DNA of 64,000 nucleotides from Epiperipatus broadwayi (Eukaryota; Animalia; Onychophora): NCBI GenBank assembly GCA_028023455.1, contig JAQFVV010000003.1, forward strand, positions 15,562,001 to 15,626,000, in the 5' to 3' direction. Below, in pieces: positions 13,471-26,478 of this stretch (position 1 is the stretch's first letter; the number at the start of each line of letters is the position of its first letter). A program made the position numbers and the translations under genes. The notes below the pieces were generated by a model, which was not told where the DNA came from, ran no database searches, and was given only the letters and a program-made list of their open reading frames with translations.

Positions 13471-14191
13471 CACATCACATGTGAATTATATAGTATAATA
13501 TCTTGAGGTCTTAATGGAGATGACAGTCGGCTTGATAAATATTATAATATAGTTATCAATAGTCGCTTATTTCAATCTTATTTTGATTGATTATTTACTT
13601 ATGTATTTGTGACAACAGTATGGATGAATAAATTGTATTGAATATTTGACTATTAAGTTATTAAGTATTGTTTTATCTTCTAGATAAAAGTAGCAGATAT
13701 GTATTTGCTAACCAATATTAATTTGATAGATTAATTGTGAGATTGGTTATCTGAAAAAAAAAATTCTGTTTGTTGAATAAGTGTTCAAACTTGAACCTTC
13801 AGTTATAGTCATAGATGTTAGTTTTACTAATTTTATACTATAAGATCTACTTACATGGTTTAATGTAGAAATGAATTTCAGAGCTCAAATTGCATGAATC
13901 ATAGTTCCAGTTCTCTGTTTCCAGTGCTTGCCAAGGAATAAACCATTAGATTACATTTTTTTTTTTTACCACAAGTCTCTTCCTTATATAAATATACAAA
14001 CATAAAATCAAATACATACGATAATTTTTAACATTAATAAAAATGTATTTATTTAAAAAAGGACTTTATCAAATGAATAAATGCAAAATATTTATGTTTG
14101 TAGATTGAGTTATAGTATTTTATTATCTTTTGTAAATTAAACTTATTAAAAAAATTTATGCACTTTTAATTCAGTTCTTTTGTTGTTTTAG

Positions 14192-14298
14192 TTTTATAAT
14201 AAAGCAAAAGGAATTTGTTTAAGACGTTCAGGTTTTACAATTATTCGAGCAATGGCTATAGTTACAGGTCTTCCTTGTAGCCCAGTGTTTACATCAAT
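14192..14298 (+). CDS. Host gene exon, Fn3_assoc-like domain second half (FYNKAKGICLRRSGFTIIRAMAIVTGLPCSPVFTS)
   Basis: ttgttttAG / at|GTAAGT; phase 0/2; completes the domain begun at 1348 (IRAMA...G...S.V). Confidence 0.9.
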
Positions 14299-14462
14299 GT
14301 AAGTTGCTGTTTAGATATTGTTTGTGCTATCTATTTTTTCTGTTTTATTTTCTTACTTTGTTTTTTTTTTCTCCTTTGGTTTCTTTTTTTTCTTTTCTTT
14401 CTCTCTTTTTTTCTTTAAAGGTAAAAGTTACAAAATATTTTAATGAGTTTATTCAAATGTAG

Positions 14463-14562
14463 GAGGTATCATTTAATTCCATCTGAACTTCACAATGATT
14501 ATGACTCGGATTCATCAGTAGAAAGTCTTTCTCAGATTCCAGATGTTGTCAGGAAACATAGT
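14463..14562 (+). CDS. Host gene exon, acidic/Ser linker (MRYHLIPSELHNDYDSDSSVESLSQIPDVVRKHS)
   Basis: aatgtAG / agt|GTAAGT; phase 2/0; the upstream AG at 14420 would give an immediate stop. Confidence 0.85.
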
Positions 14563-15357
14563 GTAAGTAGAATTAGTTTTAATAATTATTTTTAATCTTT
14601 TTTTAAGTATATGTTATTATTTATTTGTTTGAAGTATAAATCGTAAAATAGTGCATTAAAGTATATATAACCAACAGCCCAGATTTATTAACCTTTGGCC
14701 ATTAACATTATAGATGTTCTTCTTGCATATATATAGAAGATGAAGATATCTGTGGCCACACACAATAAGAATTAATTGTTTTATATATTTAAATTTTTTA
14801 AAAACTGCAAAACAAAATAGTAATCTCTATCACAGTAATGAGAGACAAGATATTTTATGATAGTGCTATTAGCTTGATAATATAAAGAATGAGTTAAAGA
14901 TGCTTGCTTTGTGCATAAGCACATGAGTTCCAGCTTTCCACAAGTCTGAAATAGTTGGAGATTGGGATAGCTTTACCATTCTGTTTTGATTGATTATTTG
15001 AACTTCATTCCAGAATAATCTACTTGAATGAAGAGAACTTATATTAAGTATGAGTAGAGAAAGTTAGATAATGTTTTATTAGTATAAATCAGCTAAAGGA
15101 TAAAACAGTCACAAAGTTCTCTTGAAATTGAGATTCTAAAATATATAATTACTGGTTTAATGCCAGATCTACATATGCTTGAATTCAAAATTTAGATTGT
15201 TTTTGAGTTTCAGGCTATCAGTTTGATAGTATAAAAATAAAAAATGGCTACCAAATAAATAAGGTAATTAATTGTAGTTTTAAATTCAATGTTTTTATTA
15301 ATGAAAGCTAATCTAAAAATATGTTTACAATAGAACGGTTTTCTTATAATTATTGTT

Positions 15358-15682
15358 TAATATTTAAACAGCATTAAGCTGTTGCACATGTGCTTTGAAG
15401 ATTTAACTATAAATGAATGAATACTAACACTTCAAACACATGATAAAGTCTTTGGAAAAGATAGAATGGCCATCTATCTTTTTGAACCCAAATGCTTTTG
15501 TATGGGCAAATCTTAAGTGTTTGAAAGATTTGCCCATACAAAAGCATTTGGGTTCGAAAAGATAGATGGCCATTCTATCTTTTCCAAAGACTGTATCATG
15601 TGTTTGAAGTGTTAGTATTCATTCATTTATAGTTAAAATCTTCAAAGCGCATGTGCAACAGCTTAATGCTGTTTAAATATTA
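15358..15682. repeat. Fold-back palindrome (about 157-bp arms, 10-nt loop), family F
   Basis: Near-perfect inverted arms; one arm recurs alone at 48114-48289. Confidence 0.9.
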
Positions 15683-17383
15683 TAGTTTATAAACATCGCG
15701 CTATATAAAAATAAAATGATTTAATTATTGTTTACTGAAGCTTGTAATAAGTGACTCTGATGTAAGTTGAAGAGAACTTTTTCTTAAAGAAATATATATA
15801 CAAATAATTATATATTTTTTTTAATGTCTACAATCACATTTAAAGTCTAGGAATGATAATTGGAGTTTATAAAAAATGCAAGGTCTTGCATATGAAAGAA
15901 AAAACTTGAATAGGTTAATAATGAAAAAGATCTGTATATATTTAATTTTTATTAATCATGTTTTATTAGTTTAAAAGTTGTCAGTTTGTTTGCATATTTA
16001 TTGAAGTGTATTTGCTTGTAAAATGAATTTTATAGTACAATTTGTTTTTATAAATTATCACATTTTAATGTATATATGTTGAAACTCAGCCAAATATAAG
16101 CTCCAATCATAGTGCTTAAAACAATCATTTCTCATCACAATATCATTTAAAAAATCAACCAAACTCTCTGTGACATGCAATGCATTTGGGGATCTTTCCT
16201 CATTAGTTGACTAGTGGCTTACCAATCTTGCACATAGTGCAATAATTAAACTTCATATATTATTAACATTAGAATGACCAACTTGATAATAAATCATCAA
16301 CAATCAATGCAGAAATCTTCTATAAATCAGCTGATTTTGATATAACTAAACATTAAACAAGACAGAGATATAAAACTCATTAATTAAACCTTATAAATAA
16401 ACCAAACATAAAAATATATAATTTTGTAAGTTAATACACTTAGAGATACATGCAAATAAACTTTGATGAAAGTATGCTCCAGTCATAGTGCTTGATACTC
16501 ATTGCTCAATTTCAATACTACAATATCCTAATCAATTGCTCCAAATAGGCATTGATTTGTAGATCTCTGTTGAATTGATAGTCAATGCTTTAATATCAAA
16601 CTGGTCAGTTTAATCTTACTAATATATGAAGACCAGTTTTTAAATGGTGTGGAGGGACATTCCAGCTAATCACTGAAGGAAATCTGAGTTACAATGCCTA
16701 TTACAGAGTAAATGCTTAGTTTTTTTGTTCTTTAATATTGTGTAATAATCAAACAATGAATGTTTCAACCACTATGATTTGAGTTTGCATTTATTAAATT
16801 TATTTAAATATAATTTATGCCATTATTAAACACAAATAATAGATCTAAACAGACTTTTCAGGAAGAATTTAAACTATTTGTTTCACTACTCTGGAGTCAT
16901 TTGTTAATCTTATTAGATATATAAAATTATTTTATATATCAAAAGAAAATTATGACTTCTGAAAATGTAAAGTTGACTGATGAAATTTTATACTTAATCC
17001 AAGTAGTGAGATTATGGAAGAGAGGAAGTTAAGCCAATTGTGAATTCATTCTTATTTTTTACTAGTTAATATATCACTGCAGCAAAATTTTATCGTAAAT
17101 ATTGTACAGTATTCATACATTTATGCTTTATATTATTTGGCTCAGCTCTGTTGGTATTATCTCTTGGCAATTCATGATATTTTCCCTGGAATGAATCATC
17201 ATCAGGTTTATCCAGAGAAGCAATAGTGTTCAAAACTGAAATGATGAATTCTACCGTCTCATTTCTTATTACTTTTATCTTCTTTCACTTTCATCCATTT
17301 CTATTTCAAAATACTAATAGTCACTGTATTACATTTCTTTTATGTAAAAGATAAATAATTCTCATGATATATATATATTTTAG

Positions 17384-17509
17384 GTTGTAAAATGCCAGTG
17401 GTGGAAAAGTGCTCCTGTTATCAAAGGTTGTCAAGTTGCTCCAGGTGTAATCGAAATATTTTGGGAGCCACCTTCAAAGCGAATTGAAAAATACATCAAA
17501 GGATATCAG
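17384..17509 (+). CDS. Host gene exon, FN3 domain 1 N-half (VVKCQWWKSAPVIKGCQVAPGVIEIFWEPPSKRIEKYIKGYQ)
   Basis: tattttAG / cag|GTATAA; phase 0/0; WEPP...I.GY FN3 signature. Confidence 0.9.
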
Positions 17510-18199
17510 GTATAAGCTTATATCTAATTTCTAATGCTATTTTATTGTTTGTTATTACCTTAATAAACAAATTAAGGCAATTATTGAAACTGACAGGCAA
17601 TTAATTAGTATTATAATGATTATTATAATAATTCTTTTATTGTTTGTTTTAAAAAAATATATAGGTAAAAACAAATCTATAAAAAGTTAAAATCAAAATG
17701 TATCAAAATTAAAAAAATAAAAAGTATGATATACATAGGGTTAAAAAAAACAAATAAAGTTCAATCTATTAGTTAGACATAAAAATAAAAAAGTCCACCA
17801 TATGTTTCATGCCAATGAGAATATGAAATATCTTCTGCTAGTGGATAATATCACATCGTATTACAATCATGTTATATATATATATAATGGAAGAAAGTAA
17901 TCATAAAAAGAGGAAAATTAAAGAGGCAATTTTAATAGATAAATATAAAGATATTATTATTAATAGGCAAGTTGCAAATATGGCCATACACAGCACATTA
18001 AGTTTAAAAAAAATTTGAAATTCAGTTAAAGCTGATGAGGATTATTATGTAATTGAAAGCACTTCTAAAGAATTAAAAATATAATATTGCTTTTGTTAAT
18101 TATTTATGTTTTATATATAATATTTTTTATAACAGGTATTATACTTTTACATTATATATATATATATATACATGTGTGTGTGCATGTGTGTGTGTGTGT

Positions 18200-18560
18200 T
18201 ATAAAGAGCTTGCAAATAAGCTCTTAACAAACTTAGCAGAATATCCCAACTTCAGACCAGTTTCTGCTACTGGTTTTCTCAGTGAGGTGCTAGGAAATCA
18301 AGACAAGCCCAGAACTTATTTATAGTAACTGTATTGATACTTATAAGGTCAATCCTGTTGAGCTTGAGATCTTTTCTCTCTAGGTAATAATAGCAAAATA
18401 TCATGATCATTACTAGAAGACTATGTGAATTAGTTATACAATAATACATTAAAAGAACACTTAAAGTATATTTAGGATTTGAAAAAAATCTTGCAAAATT
18501 AGTCTGATCCACTCTAGTCTTTATTGTGGTAATTTTTTACAAAAAGTCCCATTCTGATTG
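18200..18560 (-). mobile_element. Probable PLE 3' fragment (decayed GIY-YIG C-terminus followed by degenerate HHR), ending at a (CA)n tract
   Basis: - strand ORF 18279..18512 ends YLE...LNR.D..I...W...L; its stop TGA is the TGA of the HHR core. Confidence 0.5.
18250..18287 (-). ncRNA. Degenerate type-I hammerhead motif
   Basis: cctca CTGAGAA aaccagtagca GAAA CTGG TC tgaag; stem I 4 of 5 pairs; stem II decayed. Confidence 0.45.
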
Positions 18561-21500
18561 GAGTGTTTATTAACATTCTCACATGATTTGTAATCTGTAT
18601 TTTTTTTGTAATGTTTTCATCAATCTTAATCTCTAGATATGCACTTTGAAATATCAACAGTAGACATGTGTTTTAAAGATCTGAAAATGTGGTAAATCAA
18701 AAAAATAACATGCTTTGATTTTTAAGTTGTTATTACTTTCTAATTTGCAAGATATAGTCCATGAATCATGTTCAAAATCTATTAATATTTGAATAATGAT
18801 ATACAAATTCTAATTTCAATTCATTAGAATGTTTATGAAGCTTAGGAATATCAACTGTGAATATTGTTTTTCTTAATAATTTTTTGTCTTCCTTCTCATT
18901 AATCAATGAACAATTTGTTAAGAACATTATAGTGTTGAAATACATAGTTTCTGTTAGTCAAAATGTAATCAAACTCTGCTGTACCTTCATTTGGATGTGC
19001 CTATGTTAACATTTTCCCCAAATAAATAATTCATAATATAAAGTTTTTATTTTTCTACAAACTCCACAAATATATGTCCTCTCTCATTTTATCACAATAA
19101 CTAAATTTATCTACAGCCTTTCATCTTTCATTTGTTTACCAATTCTAGCTTTAAAACCATGACAATTTTAAAATGTTGCCAATTAGTATATTTGATTTAA
19201 TATACTGTATGTATATATTGAATTAAATATTTAGCATTATCAGCAAAGCATTGAAGTATCCACTATTAAGCTTATGTGAAATAAAATATATCAAGATCTG
19301 CAATCCAGTAAAGTTAGTAATGCTAAGAGTCAGAGGAATGGCTACCTAAATAGGATGATATGGGGTGCAACATATAAAATAATACATATTACAACCCTTG
19401 ATGTCTCCTATATTTTCTTCTTTTATATCTCTCTAGGTCAGGGAGATATAAGAGACTCAGATTCATCAGTGATTTACATTATAATTTAAAAGAAAACTAT
19501 AAAACATTTTATTACTTAAACATCAAACTAATCTTCCAGATAATAGATGTAATAATAATTTATTATATGATAAAGGAATTATAAAAAATTTACATAGACT
19601 AATGTGGTTATGAGTAATTTATAAGGTCCATATACCTCAAATAAATGAATGCTGAAATAAGCCAGGTTGTGGTTCAAATATAAAGTTGTATTAATATATT
19701 CTATTTATATTATATAGAAATCCAGTAATAATAATTGCAAAAATTGGATGCAATCATTTTACTAACTCATTAGATTATATATAGAAAAGCACTTATATTA
19801 ACTTGCTCAGGGTTCGAATATAAAATATCATTGCAAAAGATATTTCAATACTAGTTATAATTTTTTAGGTCCCAACACTGTGTGAATTGTATATAAGGCA
19901 TTTCATCAAATTATTAGAGTTGAATACAATCTTAGCCCAATTAAGATTATAATATAAGGTATCATTATTAAGATGTCCATATGAGTTATAACTCCTGGAA
20001 TAAAACATATAGATTTGAAAAGGCATATAAATTATTAATAATATAGTCACATTAGGGTATGAAGTAGAATTATTATTTATATTGAGCTTCTCTCATATTA
20101 GATGATGGATTTATAAATATGTTAAGAATTATTGCATCTAACTTAATCCTTGTAGTTAACTAACTCTATTTTATGTGAGACAAAATATGGACACACAATG
20201 TATTAATCATTCTTAGGCATTCTAATCATTTCTGGATGTATGTTGTGATTCCACCTAAAACCATATAATTAAATCTTAAGTTTAGCTAACTTAAGATTCG
20301 ATATATAAAGATAAGCTTCACTTACAAATGGATGCAGTCATGTGTTATCACATGGCTCAAACAGTTTATTGTATACGTCATTTCAAATATCTTAAGAATT
20401 ACAAGATCAAGTGAATGAGGTGGGACTTCGAAATGTAAAAATAATACAATAAGATAAAAATAGTAACTTTGAATTTTAAGCTGTAAAAGAATATTCAGTC
20501 ATCAAACATTTTACAGTTACTTATGACTCCCAATCTCATGGAATATACCTATAAGTGATATGCTAGTTCCAACATAGTCATATAAAAGTAAAGCCATCAG
20601 ATATATAAACAATAAATATTTGGCAGGGATTATGATCTGCTTGAATCATTAATAAATGGAATGATACAGACAGCCTAGCTAGATAACATTTCTTGAAATC
20701 TGATATAATTAAAGTATTATGAATTCACCTGAAAATTCAACATTTAGTATTACTAAACTTGGAAATATTTTTATCACATGTCATATTAATGATCATATGC
20801 AATCTTATAAGTTTGGGCTGATCAAGTCTTATGAAAAAATTTTGCATTGATTATATCTAAGAATTAATAAATACTTCAATTAAAAGAAACTGAACATCTA
20901 GGTAGACATCTATCTATCCAGTGATCATTAATAGAAACTCAATCACTCTTTTTTATTATTCTAGCATTTATCTCCCACAATATATATTAGGGCAACGACC
21001 AAGGATGGCCTATATGTGTAAATAAGAACTATGTTAATGGAAATCTACTAATACCTATTAACATAAATCTCAGTTAAAATTCCTATACTATAATATTTTA
21101 ATTTTGATTAAACTTCCAAATTCTAATATTGGATTTTTAGATTAAATAAATATAATATTTTATTTCAGTTTTTCTCATTTGTCTTTTCAATTTACTAATA
21201 GAATGATTAATCTTATCTCCAACAGATTATAACCTTTGAAATGAATTAATAACTACCACTTTTTAAAACTACTCAAATAATATATCTTATAAACAGAACT
21301 GGAGAGATGGGTTGCAACATTTTAAATCTCAGTTATAAATTATGCCTTAAGATATAGTTATCAAATAATAATAATATGTAGATTAATTAAAATTAAAATA
21401 TAAAATAGTCATACAAACATCACCATCTCTAGTAAGCAACATACTTAAAACATAAGGTAATGTGATATAAAACATTATAATAGTTATACAAATATTAGTT

Positions 21501-22026
21501 TATTACCAATAATAGAGGCATCTGAGTATATTTATAATGGTAACAAAATGAAATAAAAGAAAACTCATATATGCAGAATTTTATCCAGAATATTCCAGTT
21601 AGATGTTAATCTTTGAATTAATAGAGGAATATGAAAATAAGAGTAGACATATGTATAAGTTAGACCATTAATTTTAAAAAAGTAAGAGTTTATGGTTAGA
21701 GTTCAAAACGATTGTATGTATCACATATGAAGTTATAATTCTAGATAGAAACATAACTATGTTTAGTGTTCATGCATCTTAACTTCATCTTGAATTTACT
21801 ATGAGGTGGAGCTCTGCAAATAATGAATTTACCTAAATATCCTACTGAATACAAAAATGTTAAATTAAAGTTTCTTGATTTATTGACACAGCATCATTCT
21901 CTGCTTCCATTTTATAATTTTATTAATAATTATTGATGCTTAATAATTCTAGAACCATAAAATTATATAAGCAGAGCATTTCAAGGTTTCTTTCTTCTTT
22001 GGGATTATTGATATCTTATTGATATT

Positions 22027-22207
22027 AAACCATTAAACATCACATGATGCAATATCACTGATGAAAGCCACAAGCTAGAAACTAGTCTGGAAATATTGAA
22101 TGGGTATGCACTAGGTAGGGATTTTATGCACAAACCTTCTTGCATTCATTGATCATTCTGGCTTGCACTGAGTGGCACTACCATATGGAGAATTTTGCCT
22201 GTTGTAA
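22027..22207 (+). mobile_element. Family A copy (short inverted tail + direct part)
   Basis: Flanks cttattgatatt (22015-22026) / cttattgtatt (22208-22218) approximate a TSD. Confidence 0.8.
22055..22090 (+). ncRNA. Minimal type-I hammerhead motif, family A
   Basis: CTGATGA (22058-64) a AGC cacaa GCT a GAAA (22078-81) CTAG TC|tgg; palindromic ACTAGT in stem III; GUC triplet. Confidence 0.65.
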
Positions 22208-22876
22208 CTTATTGTATTGGCAGATTATAAATTGTGAATTTGTAAAATGTGTTACTTGATAGCAGACATATAAATAGTATTCATGCTCAAACTGTTGCTG
22301 TACCATCAGAAAAATAGACTACAGAAGGGGATCTACTGTTCTAGCTGATGGTTATCTGCATGACAATTTCTGTGGTTCCTTCAAATGGCAATTAACTTCT
22401 AGAACCCTTAAAACATAATTTTCAAACTATTTGTAATTAACAAGAGCTCTGATGATGACTTCAGGACAGTCATATAAGTAGAAAGTATTGATAAAGTGTT
22501 TAAGAAAGATGTAAATAGTATGATATGTTAAAATCTAAACAAAAGATTTCCAGAAAAAAATTAATTCACAATGAGAAATGTATGTATTTATTGACCATAT
22601 AAGCACATATTTCTACAATAAATTTGCTTAAATTATTATTTCCACTTTCCTTAAAGAATTTCTTCCTCTGGACTCTATTATTTATTTTTTTAACTCAATA
22701 ATTATACTTAAGTAATTTTCTACAAAACAAAACAAAAAAAAAATTCATTTCCTTTGATTAAATAAACTTAATTTCCATTATTCTTTCATTTCTTCAATTA
22801 GTAATTATAAGAAAGACAGTGGAACAAATAATTGAATGTCAATTTTAAAAAAATGTTTCAACAAAAGCTAATCTTA

Positions 22877-22981
22877 AAACAGGCAAAACTCTCCATACAG
22901 TATTGCCACTCAGTGCAAACCAGAGTAATAACAGTTATAAGCAAGCATAAGAAATGGTGATCATGTGATGTTTATTGACTT
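22877..22981. mobile_element. Family A collapsed copy (inverted end joined directly to 3' tail)
   Basis: 14-bp TSD AAAAGCTAATCTTA at 22863-22876 and 22982-22995. Confidence 0.85.
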
Positions 22982-23401
22982 AAAAGCTAATCTTATTAGA
23001 TATCTTTACTTTTTATACACACATATATCTATATTCTCTAAATAATGAGAATTGTTTATTTAAAAATATTTAAAATGTAATTGTATGTACACTAATTTAT
23101 AGAAGCAGTGCAATATTTGTTAACACTGATTTATACACAGATACAGATGTCTCTAGCTAAAAAATTGATCTAAATGAAATAAATATGTATAGACACATAT
23201 TATGCTTCAATATATATATATGTTTATAATAGACAACTTTTAAAATTTAAATTATGACACTAATTTTGCAGGAACCTTTTGTAACAGATAGGCAAAACCT
23301 TTAAACATGTTATCTTTTAATTAACACTATCATCTAGCTTTTTTTTACTATCACAAGCTTATACAATTGTAAGTCTGATTGAAATCTGAAAAGAAAAAAT
23401 C

Positions 23402-23470
23402 AAATTTTACCCAGCCGTGATTTGAACCAAGGTTATAAACATAGCACAAAAATCTTTAGCCAGTACACCA
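23402..23470 (-). mobile_element. tRNA-derived SINE head fragment
   Basis: - strand A-box TGGTGTACTGG and B-box GGTTCAAATC at Pol III spacing; no intact cloverleaf. Confidence 0.5.
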
Positions 23471-24009
23471 TGAATGTTTTTAACTCACATATGTATTTTT
23501 TCATAGGCAAAACAGTTTTAAAAACTTCAACATATATTGAACACTATTAACAAAATAAGGACAGTCAATTGTTACCTTTCTATACAGTTTTTATGAATAT
23601 TCAATTATTTTTTCATCCATGAACTTCATTCAATATCCAGCTTACTACTTTCTATAAAGGGTTAAAAAAATTGAAGTTCGTTTGAAGAAAGTTCAGATAG
23701 CATAGAGAATGATTCACTAGAATAACAACTAATAATCTGGAATATTTGGCAAGCATGTTGGACAATCTAAATCATTTCCAGGAATTGATGTGATGCAACT
23801 ATTTCTCAAAACCAGTAAAATTTAACCTAAATTTCAGCTTTTAGAATCCAGAAAATGACTTGCACTATGAATCTTTTTGATTGATTAAGTTATTCCTCAG
23901 TCAAAATCGTGTACAGTAAAATTAGCAATTTATTTATAAATGTAACACTTGGTTTCTTAATTCAAGACCATTATGGAATCATCAGATTGTATAGAAAGGT
24001 ATGGAAAGA

Positions 24010-24201
24010 CAAAACTCTCCATACAGTAGTGCCACTCAGTACAAGCCAGAGCAATCAATGAATGCCAGAAGGTTTGTGCATAAAATCCCTACCTCATGTC
24101 TATTTATCCAATATCACTGAATGACATTACTGTATGGAGAGTTTTGCCTGTTTTAATAACAGTTATGAGCAAGCATAAGAAATGGTGATCATGTGATGTT
24201 T
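24010..24201. mobile_element. Family A copy
   Basis: 14-bp TSD AAGGTATGGAAAGA at 23996-24009 and 24202-24215; inverted arm + direct arm + tail. Confidence 0.9.
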
Positions 24202-24399
24202 AAGGTATGGAAAGATTATGATGATAGCAACAAAAAGAGATTAATAATAATAATCACAATCAAATGATTTATTGTGCAGGAGTTTGTAAGCAGTTTGAAT
24301 AATGGAAATTAAAGAACTGGAGCCACAATACATAGACTTTGAGCTATAATATATACTACTCTACCACTATTATAAAACACATAATGTAAGGAGAGGTGG

Positions 24400-24665
24400 A
24401 AAGAAAATGGCAGGTGTGGGAAAACAAATAGAATTACTCATATTATTGAAAGCATTAAGAGGTTGAAATGGAGTTAGAATTAACACATTGTTAAAAGAAA
24501 TGATAATAACGAAGAACTGAAGTTAAACTTAATCCCAAAATGTTACATGTGAGATGAATAGATTAGATAAGAAAATTTTCTGGAATATGGAGAAAAGAAG
24601 CTGTGAATCAGAGAAACTAGATTAAACCCGGAAAGGCCTTCATCCTACAGTAAATTGACGATGGT
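24400..24665 (+). mobile_element. RTE-clade LINE 3' remnant
   Basis: Decayed LKW...HIVKRND... and ...GKAFILQ (ccggaaaggccttcatcctacag), matching the RTE C-terminal pattern as I recall it. Confidence 0.55.
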
Positions 24666-24900
24666 TCAAAATGAAATTTTTTTTAATAGATATGCTTTTT
24701 CTAAGTCATTTAAATAGGACAAAAATATTTTCTTATTACTTTATTTTGAAAATATCGTTTTATTTATATATTAAATTTAATTATTAAAGCAATAAAATAT
24801 ACTTCTATATAATAATAACAGTAACAAAAAATAAAAATAAAACAATAATAATATTTTATTTTTAAATATCGAAAAGTTTTAATGTTTAATTTTTTTTTAG

Positions 24901-25053
24901 CTCTATTTAAATGGCTGCACGTATAGTTCTATTTTTCCTTCAAATTGTATTTGTCTTCGAGCTAGTGGTCTTTCCGGAGGCAAACGCTACAGAGTACAGC
25001 TACTTGTTATTTCCAATCAGGTTAATTATCTGCCAGAAGAATCAAATATTTTA
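24901..25053 (+). CDS. Host gene exon, FN3 domain 1 C-half (LYLNGCTYSSIFPSNCICLRASGLSGGKRYRVQLLVISNQVNYLPEESNIL)
   Basis: poly-T + AG / tta|GTAAGT; phase 0/0; GL..G..Y.V FN3 motif. Confidence 0.9.
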
Positions 25054-26004
25054 GTAAGTTTACTATTACTACAATTTTTTTTATATATGATTTAGATGAT
25101 TTTTTTGAAGATTTCCTATGTAATGTTGAAAACTCAATTTATGTAAATACGGCAACATCAAAAATGGTTGTGTTAAGGGTTTGGGTGAGTTGTCACTGAT
25201 AATAATTAAATATTATTGCTTGACTGTAATATTCTATAGTTTAGTCATCTTAACCTCTTTGAGAAGATAATTTATCACACACACATGCATACATAGTGTA
25301 TAAATATTGAACTATAGAGTTTTAGTATGATTGTCACTTGATAGCTAATGCGCATCAAAGTATGTGTCTAATTTATTTCATAACTATCTAGGTGTGGCCA
25401 TCTAATTAAGACTTATAGCGTTGTTCAAATCAGATAGTTAAAATGAAACAAAGTTAGCCTTTTAATGTTGTTCCTCAAATGGACATTGAATGTCAGGTAT
25501 AAAAAAACATGATGACTATCTTACAAATAGCTGATAGAGATCACACTCTCACTTTATATGTTGTCATGATAATTAAGAGTTTGTGTTTTCCAGTTATAAT
25601 TGAGTCAATAGTCAGGATGATTATTTATTGTTTTAATGATGTCATCTTTCATATGCATGTTTATAATTAGATTTTTTTTTTGTAAGGATAGATTGAATTT
25701 TATAGTATTATTTTGCAATGATACTTTCATCTATAGATAAAATATTTGCTGATTGTTTTTTTTTTTTAATTTTCTATAATTGAAGTCAAATCTCTAGTGA
25801 ACAACATGTAATTTTTATTGTTATGCATGAATTTAATTAAAATTTTTAAGATTAAGGATGTTATCTTTCTGTTTTTGAAATTTTACTCAAGATATTTTTT
25901 TAGACTTTATACTATTTGAATGGAGTTTGTATTTAAAATATAAATGATTCAATTGCTGTTCCTTTCATTATAATCCATATTAAGTTTGATTAATCAGAGG
26001 AAAA

Positions 26005-26379
26005 AAAACAGGCAAAACTCTCCATACAGTAGTACCACTCAGTATAAGCCAGAGTAATCAATGGATGTTAGAAGACTTGTGCATAAAATCCCTATCTAGT
26101 GCCTACCCATCCAATATTCTCAATGAGGAGTCTTGGATCTGAGAGCACTACACCTAGATCTTAGGATCTAATGCAACCCTCTAGCAGTTACCTTTTATCT
26201 CTACTTAACTACAAAAGTATGGGGATATTGGATGAGTAGGCACTAGATAGAGATTTTATGCATAAACCTTTTGGCATTCATTGACTACTCTGACTTGCAC
26301 TGAACAGCACTACAGTATGGAGAGTTTTGCCTGTTTTAATAACAGTTATAAGCAAGCATAGAAAATGGTGATCATGTGA
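26005..26379. mobile_element. Family A copy with HHR core deleted in the inverted arm and direct arm starting at the predicted cleavage site
   Basis: TSD TGATTAATCAG at 25987-25997 and 26380-26390. Confidence 0.9.
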
Positions 26380-26478
26380 TGATTAATCAGTGGACAGGAG
26401 ATAATAGAGATATGAATATAATAATATTATCATTTAGGATCCATTGATTATTTGAAATTGTAATAGATGGCTTTAGAG

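Noticed and set aside
18028-18070. CTGATGA g GATTA ttatg TAATT GAAA gcacttc
   Set aside because: Core and stem II plausible but stem I does not pair; no second copy in the window
19420-19475. - strand CTGATGA followed by a long hairpin and GAAA
   Set aside because: 7-nt insertion before the stem and no stem I/III; not a valid HHR topology
25096-25184. Possible exon (DDFFEDFLCNVENSIYVNTATSKMVVLRVW) with a strong GTGAGT donor
   Set aside because: Needs a phase-1 start while the preceding exon ends in phase 0, would leave a 42-nt intron, and the protein is complete without it
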